This document shows, in pieces, positions 58,246-64,000 of a stretch of DNA of 64,000 bases; the stretch's first letter is position 1; every line of letters starts with the position of its first letter. Source of the DNA: a virus; IMG/VR virus record IMGVR_UViG_3300028569_000030, positions 1 to 64,000 of that record; one strand, 5' to 3'. The position numbers and the translations under genes were made by a program. Below the pieces are notes generated by a model. The model worked only from the letters and a program-made list of their open reading frames with translations, made no database searches and was not told where the DNA came from.

Positions 58246-58859
58246 ATTTTAATCTCCATAAGTTTTGCTCTAAGATCCTCTAAAGATCCGTTGTTGTCGA
58301 TAACTACGTCTGCTAGTTCTTTTAGAGCAGTTACTCCAGTCTCGGACACGTGACTATCAGAAAATCCAGTATCTCTTTCTATATAGACGACTACAGAGTC
58401 ATTTTTAAAGAAATCAACTTCATTTTTAAAGCGACAATCGGAAATAATAGCTGGAAACTCTTTACTATTTTTTAAAAATTTACAATGTACGTCTGGATCA
58501 AAGTTTCTTAGAACCTCAGTCCCTAGGAACTGCAGCATTTCTCTTATGTTCTTAACATCTGTATGAACCACTCGACTTGCAATAGCTTCTGTATATGGAG
58601 AAAATTCTTCTACTCTATACCCAAACAAGGTAAATATTGCATCTATGTGTGGTTTTTTAAACCTAATAGGAAATCTAAATGGTTTTTCTTTGTATTCCTG
58701 GTCATTAAAATGAATGAGCGGTATTGAGGTAGTTAGTGCACATGCTCTCTTTAGCGCGTCAGCTAAAGCCACTTGTTTTAATCCGGTAATCTCACACAGT
58801 ATGTCAGAAGCAGTTGTTTTACCACTACCCTTCTGTCCGCATATTAAGATTGTTTTCAT
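58242..58859 (-). CDS. deoxynucleoside monophosphate kinase
   Basis: GQKGSGKTT, LADALK, REMLQFLGTE, ISDCRFKNE, HVSE. Confidence 0.9.
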   Translation of the reverse strand: MKTILICGQKGSGKTTASDILCEITGLKQVALADALKRACALTTSIPLIHFNDQEYKEKPFRFPIRFKKPHIDAIFTLFGYRVEEFSPYTEAIASRVVHTDVKNIREMLQFLGTEVLRNFDPDVHCKFLKNSKEFPAIISDCRFKNEVDFFKNDSVVVYIERDTGFSDSHVSETGVTALKELADVVIDNNGSLEDLRAKLMEIKI

Positions 58860-58867
58860 ATTGTCCT

Positions 58868-59221
58868 TTATGGAAATCTATAGGATAGAGAAGCTCCGAC
58901 TTGGAAAGACTCTTTTCTTATATTGTATAGCATAATTGGTCTGATTTCAAGTTTAGTGCTATCTGTATATTTTTTATACTTAATGCCCTTAAATGTTGAT
59001 ATATCTAGTTTTCCAGTAACTACTGGCAGTATTCCTAATAGATAGGTTTCCGTTTTTAGATCGAGGCCTAAATTAATCCTAATCTCTTTTCTTAGGGAAT
59101 TCTTAAAGTCTCTGTATCCTTGGTAATGGCTACCGGCTTCGTCTACTTTTTTTATTATATTTTCTTGTGTTTTAGTCCACGCTATTGTTGACAGGCATGT
59201 AAATATAAACCACTTTATCAT
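58868..59221 (-). CDS. exported hypothetical protein
   Basis: signal-peptide-like N-terminus; C-terminal alternating strand ending SYRFP. Confidence 0.5.
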   Translation of the reverse strand: MIKWFIFTCLSTIAWTKTQENIIKKVDEAGSHYQGYRDFKNSLRKEIRINLGLDLKTETYLLGILPVVTGKLDISTFKGIKYKKYTDSTKLEIRPIMLYNIRKESFQVGASLSYRFP

Positions 59222-59466
59222 TATTTTAAAGTCAGTATTACTTTAGACTCTATAATACCCCCTCCGGCTTTATAGTCTCTTTTATATGATATGGCTTTTA
59301 CCTTTTCTAGTTTTCTAAGAGATTTTCCCACTCTGCTTGTATCACTTCGTAGAATACTTGAAAGTTCCTGTTGGGTATAGGATAGCTTTCCTTTATTTTG
59401 TTGAGCCAATAAGAGAATCCTAAGTTCTAACGCTGTAAATATACAAATAGCTTCGTCCACTAACAT
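59221..59466 (-). CDS. winged HTH DNA-binding protein
   Basis: TQQELSSILRSDTSRVGKSLRKLEK. Confidence 0.7.
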   Translation of the reverse strand: MLVDEAICIFTALELRILLLAQQNKGKLSYTQQELSSILRSDTSRVGKSLRKLEKVKAISYKRDYKAGGGIIESKVILTLK

Positions 59467-59475
59467 AAGATACTC

Positions 59476-59934
59476 CTATTTTTTAAACATCTCGTCTACA
59501 TACTCATACCAGTGATCTTCTAAGCATTTAGGAGATAGGATTTGATAGTGCATAAAGCTAGCTGGACATCCGTCTTCTAGTACTGTAGTGGTATGCTCTC
59601 TGTCATATAAGCAATGAAGACTTTCGTGGAAAATAAGGTTACTTTTTTCTACTTCGTCTAAATATGACCAAACCTTCCTATCTATTTTTATTAGTCTCTT
59701 AGTTACTACTTTAGATATGTTATTTACGTATCTAGTACATTCTCCTGCTACTCCAGGAGAAAGATCTGCAAACTTAATAACTACGTGCTTATCAGCATAA
59801 GAACATTTGCATAACTTACTAAACTCTAAAGCATGTGGAACAAACTCACTAGCAATATCAGTAGATACTGGAACCATAGTCAGTGCTATTACCGATAGTA
59901 AAAATATAGAATAAATCATAATGCGTTTTCTCAT
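59476..59934 (-). CDS. exported zinc metallopeptidase (metzincin-like)
   Basis: signal/TM N-terminus, HESLHCLYDREH, PASFM Met-turn-like. Confidence 0.7.
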   Translation of the reverse strand: MRKRIMIYSIFLLSVIALTMVPVSTDIASEFVPHALEFSKLCKCSYADKHVVIKFADLSPGVAGECTRYVNNISKVVTKRLIKIDRKVWSYLDEVEKSNLIFHESLHCLYDREHTTTVLEDGCPASFMHYQILSPKCLEDHWYEYVDEMFKK

Positions 59935-60386
59935 TTCTTTTTGCCTTTTTTCACTACCTTAGGTGGCATATCTTGCGTAATAGTGTGTTTGTATATGTAA
60001 GATTCTGTTGGAGGATGTGGAATGTAGTTGGCATCATAGTATGTCCTATAGTCATATGATTCTCCACAAAGCTTAGCTTTTAGTTTTTGAAGGTCTGACA
60101 TTTTACGTTCAAGTTCTCCAATTGGAAACTCTTCTTTAACAATATCTACACCGAATTGTTCATAAAAACGAAGTACTCCTCCTGTAGTACTATAATCAGC
60201 ATATTTCATTGTGTTTTTATATGTTTCTATATATGGTCGTTTTTTTTCTATTAAGTCTTGTAGTTGTTGCCTCCTTAGGTCGTCTATATAACCTTGGATA
60301 GACTGTACGTCTAGCTTTAGGGAGTAAAATCTCCAACATTGTATTAGAAATACTGCTGTTATAAGGATGTATGTTATTATTTCCAT
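59931..60386 (-). CDS. membrane-anchored hypothetical protein
   Basis: SD AGGAG; N-terminal TM. Confidence 0.6.
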   Translation of the reverse strand: MEIITYILITAVFLIQCWRFYSLKLDVQSIQGYIDDLRRQQLQDLIEKKRPYIETYKNTMKYADYSTTGGVLRFYEQFGVDIVKEEFPIGELERKMSDLQKLKAKLCGESYDYRTYYDANYIPHPPTESYIYKHTITQDMPPKVVKKGKKK

Positions 60387-60396
60387 GGTGCTCCTT

Positions 60397-61437
60397 TTAT
60401 TTTAAGACATTTCCTATTGGTCTTATGTAATTCATTATATACTTATCATGTCTTCCAAGTAAATAGGGAAATATTGCATCTGAGTGAACTATTCCAGTAT
60501 TTTTACTTACGAGGAATATTCCAATAGCTTTTTTCCCTTCAGGAGTAAGTTCTGTAGTGGGTAAGATCTTTAAATCATTTTGTATTTCTGAAATTACTTT
60601 TTGATAGCTATGTTCTAGGGATTTTTTAATAGGCTCCCATTCATTTCTGAATTCCTCCGGTATTTGACACAAGTACTGGCTCTCAACTATACCAGACTTC
60701 ATGCATTCCCACAAAGAAAGTGGACTAAGGTGGGATAATAGCTTAGCAATTTTCAAATACTCATCGCCTTTTATTTTGATCCTAAGTCCTGATTCAAATC
60801 TAACTACCCACCCCTCTTTGTCTTTTGGTATAGTTTTTTTTAACTTTACACAGTCTTCAATTGTCCCACCGTAAGAATGGGCAATTGGAAAACAAGTAGC
60901 AACTTCTAGTGGGTGCATATCCCTATAGTGGATATCAATTGCGCCAAGTAGTACTAGCTCTTCTTTGTTTTCGTAATTTACAATAATTTTATTACTGGGA
61001 TAAATAATCTCAACTAAGTAAGTAGTTCCAGGAGTTAAAATGCTAGTATTGTATTTTTTTAAAAGTTCTGCACCTTTGATTGCTTGATCTGACGTAAAAG
61101 CTCCTCTAGTAGCAACATTCCATTTATTATTGTAATAATAGACTATTCCCAAAGATCCATCCATTTTTTCCCACACGGAGTATAACTCATCAGGCAAATT
61201 ATCCAAGGTAACATTTTCCATTTCTCCAAGATTAAAAAACTTGGGAAACGGTCTAGCAATAATCTCCCCAGTATCTTTTTCAAAGATAATACCTCGAGAT
61301 CTTATAGTATATTCATCCCACGCTCTTTCAAACGTGCATTTGTCTGTGTAGTTATATAGAATAAGACCGTCTTTCTCTACTGATCTAAGCAAGCCTAGTT
61401 TTACTCTATCATTGTATGGAACTAGTGATGGGTGCAT
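60397..61437 (-). CDS. T4 Rnl1-like RNA ligase
   Basis: RGIIF, RPFPKFFN, EKMDGSL, EGWV, KIKG..Y. Confidence 0.92.
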   Translation of the reverse strand: MHPSLVPYNDRVKLGLLRSVEKDGLILYNYTDKCTFERAWDEYTIRSRGIIFEKDTGEIIARPFPKFFNLGEMENVTLDNLPDELYSVWEKMDGSLGIVYYYNNKWNVATRGAFTSDQAIKGAELLKKYNTSILTPGTTYLVEIIYPSNKIIVNYENKEELVLLGAIDIHYRDMHPLEVATCFPIAHSYGGTIEDCVKLKKTIPKDKEGWVVRFESGLRIKIKGDEYLKIAKLLSHLSPLSLWECMKSGIVESQYLCQIPEEFRNEWEPIKKSLEHSYQKVISEIQNDLKILPTTELTPEGKKAIGIFLVSKNTGIVHSDAIFPYLLGRHDKYIMNYIRPIGNVLK

Positions 61438-61821
61438 TTAGACCTGCTTATTTTGTAAATTTTTATTTAAGCTTTCTATTTTATTTAAATAATCTATTTG
61501 GTTATTTTTTTGTACTTCTAATTCTTTTGCTTTAATTTCTAAAGCAGCTCTAATTGCCTCTTCATTAATATTTTTTATTTCATCTCTTTTATATAGTCCC
61601 GGAAATGCACAAAAATCATCACAGCTTACATCAGCAAATGTAAGTCTTCCCCAGCCGGCAATACAACGATCTCCAGTGCATGATGATCCATCTGAAAATA
61701 CATAATTTGTAATATATGCATCATTTAAAAGTTGCTTCATTTCTTCAATTGAAACGGCATTAACTTTTTCAAAGGTATGGTTCTCGAACATAATCCAAGC
61801 AGTAAATTTAATAGCTTTCAT
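61438..61821 (-). CDS. hypothetical protein
   Basis: abuts both neighbours. Confidence 0.6.
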   Translation of the reverse strand: MKAIKFTAWIMFENHTFEKVNAVSIEEMKQLLNDAYITNYVFSDGSSCTGDRCIAGWGRLTFADVSCDDFCAFPGLYKRDEIKNINEEAIRAALEIKAKELEVQKNNQIDYLNKIESLNKNLQNKQV

Positions 61822-62685
61822 TTAAAAGTCTCCTGGGGCACATTGAAGGCAGACAATACCTCGCCTTCTCCATAGGTCAACCACTTGTTTACGGTCGTCT
61901 ACAGCGAATAAGACATCATATCTCGTATGAATTTCAAAATCAAGTAAAATTTCTTTGATTATATAATCTTGTCTAAAATCATTACTAGATCTCATAAATA
62001 AATCAGCATGTTTTCTATTAACATGGTGTTGTAGCCATGATTTAGTCTGAGGCATATGGCTATCGGGCCTTCCAGAACAGAAAACAATATTCCACGGCAT
62101 GTTATTAACTAGTTCTAAGCACCATAGATTAGGTACATCTGATACTAGTTCATCTAAAAAGCTTTTCCAATTCTTTTTTCCTTCTGTTCTTATGTGGTGT
62201 AGTCTATGATCAATGTTACATAAAGTCCCATCTAAATCCACTATGATACATCCTTGCTTCTCTATATTATTGTTGTAATATTCAAAATCAGTATCACCCT
62301 CGTCTTCGGTAGGACGTTCAAATTTACTAAAAAAAGTACGTAGTGCAGCTTTAGCGGAGATTTCATCTTTTATAGTAGGATGGTTCTCTCGTTTTAAGCA
62401 CCTTTCTAAGCATATATCATATGGAACAAACAAAGTTTTTACTACAATCTCATATCCTGCTTCTTTTGCTGGCACGATGTATCTAGCTCTTTGTTCTTTG
62501 TTAAAATTCATCCTATCCACGACTATATCTAAACCTTTTGATAGAGCTTCTGCAAAAATAAGCTTATGACCTTCTTTACCTTGATCATCTTGACTAACAC
62601 GCACAAATCCTTCACAGTTGGAAGCTAATTGGCTTTTTCCTGAGCCAGGAGGTCCTACTAAAACTGTAAGCCTTCTATTTGACAT
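61822..62685 (-). CDS. pseT: polynucleotide 5'-kinase / 3'-phosphatase
   Basis: GPPGSGKS P-loop; HAD DLDGTL, SGR, VDDR. Confidence 0.92.
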   Translation of the reverse strand: MSNRRLTVLVGPPGSGKSQLASNCEGFVRVSQDDQGKEGHKLIFAEALSKGLDIVVDRMNFNKEQRARYIVPAKEAGYEIVVKTLFVPYDICLERCLKRENHPTIKDEISAKAALRTFFSKFERPTEDEGDTDFEYYNNNIEKQGCIIVDLDGTLCNIDHRLHHIRTEGKKNWKSFLDELVSDVPNLWCLELVNNMPWNIVFCSGRPDSHMPQTKSWLQHHVNRKHADLFMRSSNDFRQDYIIKEILLDFEIHTRYDVLFAVDDRKQVVDLWRRRGIVCLQCAPGDF

Positions 62686-62787
62686 TTAAGACCTCTTTTT
62701 TATAAAGGGATACATACTTTCTCCATTGGCATATTTACACCATGCGTTGTTGCATGGAGTTGTGTAAAATGGACATTTATTAGGCAT
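62686..62787 (-). CDS. unannotated 33-aa Cys-containing peptide
   Basis: MPNKCPFYTTPCNNAWCKYANGESMYPFIKKRS; TAATG start overlap, stop abuts pseT ATG. Confidence 0.5.
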   Translation of the reverse strand: MPNKCPFYTTPCNNAWCKYANGESMYPFIKKRS

Positions 62788-63152
62788 TATTCCAACGTAT
62801 TTTTATATATTCTATGTATTCTTGCTAAAAATTGTCCTTTACATAAGTTTGATTTTAAAAAATTACATTCAGTACAGCAAACGGCACAGTTTTTTTTTAA
62901 ATAGCCCTTGGTATTATCTAATCTATCTAAATAATAACCATTTGCTTTTTTACCATGCGGTATCCACGGAATTGAGTCTCCACAATAAGAACAATCTTTT
63001 TCTTCAGTAAAAATTAAATAATCTTTATAAGTAATATCGCATTCTAAATTCTTTAATCTAACCGATCTTAATAATCTATTATAATTTCTTTTATATGGAG
63101 TTTTAAAATGTCTAGCATTTAATTTTTTAGACCAATCATTATTATATTCCAC
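62787..63152 (-). CDS. HNH endonuclease
   Basis: CSYCG, LDRLDNTKGY..NC..CCTECN..K; SD AGGAGG. Confidence 0.8.
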   Translation of the reverse strand: MEYNNDWSKKLNARHFKTPYKRNYNRLLRSVRLKNLECDITYKDYLIFTEEKDCSYCGDSIPWIPHGKKANGYYLDRLDNTKGYLKKNCAVCCTECNFLKSNLCKGQFLARIHRIYKNTLE

Positions 63153-63164
63153 AAACTCCTCCTA

Positions 63165-64000
63165 TTATTTTAACTCACATTTATCGCCAGTGCAAGCATA
63201 ATTTCCTTGAGATTCAGTATTGTCTTCTTGTTCATAATTAATCAATTGTGAATAATCAATTTTTATTTCTAAAGATTTCAATTGATTATATTCATTTTCA
63301 GTAATTTCTTCATAGGGAGCTTGTTTGTAAATACCTCCATCATAGGGAAGAAACGATAGACCTCCAACATAATCCCAATTTTCATATACCCAATTCCCGA
63401 CTAAGAACCATTCATTATCTTTAACATATATTGTACAAGACGCATTGTGCTCACACCAATTTTTTTGGATTTTCTTATAATATTCTAATTGCTCTAAGGC
63501 TGAAACATTATGCCTGGTAACAGCACTTTCTGGAGATTTTACTGCGAAACTTAAAACCCAAGTAGTAACATCCTTTGTCTCTAAATGTTCTTGACCATTC
63601 TCCGGAAACATAGGAACTTTTTGATCTTTTAATAATTGAAATAATGAATCCGTGGCTGATATTCTATATCTTCGTATATAGAAAGGAGAGTATCTAACGT
63701 GTAATCCTGAAGCCGAATTTACCAATTGCGACACAGTTCCTGACGGTTTAACACAAGTAATTGCTGCGGGCATGTTTATTTCGAGAATAGCTGATGCTTT
63801 TTTAGCAATTTTTATAGCTCTATTTTTCAATGCTTTAAAAGTACTTTCAGTCATTAACGATGGATTATCCATTTGTCCAGTTAACGATACTCCCAACAAT
63901 CTCTCTTCTTCACAGTTTTTTTTCCAATTTTCATTTAAATATGGAAAGTATGTAAAAGTAGACTGTATAGTCCCGATCCAAGTTGCACATTCAACTTTTT
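63165..64000 (-). CDS. nrdJ: class II (B12-dependent) ribonucleotide reductase, C-terminal part; runs off window
   Basis: EERLLGVSLTG, ITCVKPSGTVSQL, QAPYEEI, terminal CTGDKC; frame open to 64000. Confidence 0.92.
   Translation of the reverse strand, partial: KVECATWIGTIQSTFTYFPYLNENWKKNCEEERLLGVSLTGQMDNPSLMTESTFKALKNRAIKIAKKASAILEINMPAAITCVKPSGTVSQLVNSASGLHVRYSPFYIRRYRISATDSLFQLLKDQKVPMFPENGQEHLETKDVTTWVLSFAVKSPESAVTRHNVSALEQLEYYKKIQKNWCEHNASCTIYVKDNEWFLVGNWVYENWDYVGGLSFLPYDGGIYKQAPYEEITENEYNQLKSLEIKIDYSQLINYEQEDNTESQGNYACTGDKCELK

Noticed and set aside
1970-63010. Antisense ORFs in the track (e.g. 1970..2428, 13519..13920, 19210..19623, 39370..39720, 57584..57886)
   Set aside because: Lie opposite well-supported genes, Ser/Phe/Leu-rich shadow composition, no SD or motifs
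1-64000. Alternative genetic code (stop-codon reassignment)
   Set aside because: Conserved genes are full length under code 11 and TAA, TAG and TGA all terminate tightly packed genes

Overview
AT-rich dsDNA tailed-phage genome fragment with podovirus-like organisation (no tape-measure, sheath or baseplate genes recognised). The + strand (about 1.5-41.3 kb) is the virion module: terminase, portal, scaffold, a major capsid gene interrupted by a group I intron carrying a GIY-YIG endonuclease, many paralogous fibre/decoration genes, tail adaptor/nozzle and probable ejection proteins. The - strand (41.3-64 kb) is the replication/metabolism module: intein-containing family A DNA polymerase and primase-helicase, ERF, PD-(D/E)XK nuclease, dUTPase, dNMP kinase, RNA ligase plus PNK, class II RNR, an M15 endolysin cassette, exported proteases and HNH nucleases. 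Signals not explained by the ORF track: (1) an exact 11-mer TTAACAACTTA followed by NNNT-purine seen 8 times, 4 times directly abutting an ATG (putative late promoter giving leaderless mRNAs); (2) an unannotated 50-aa ORF (1498-1650) whose N-terminus matches the major capsid N-terminus at protein level and carries an Arg/Lys-rich tail; (3) a hairpin-rich, ORF-free ~370-nt region downstream of one motif copy (candidate ncRNA); (4) shared RNA motifs in scaffold and capsid leaders. All functional calls come from motif recognition by eye; no database searches were run.
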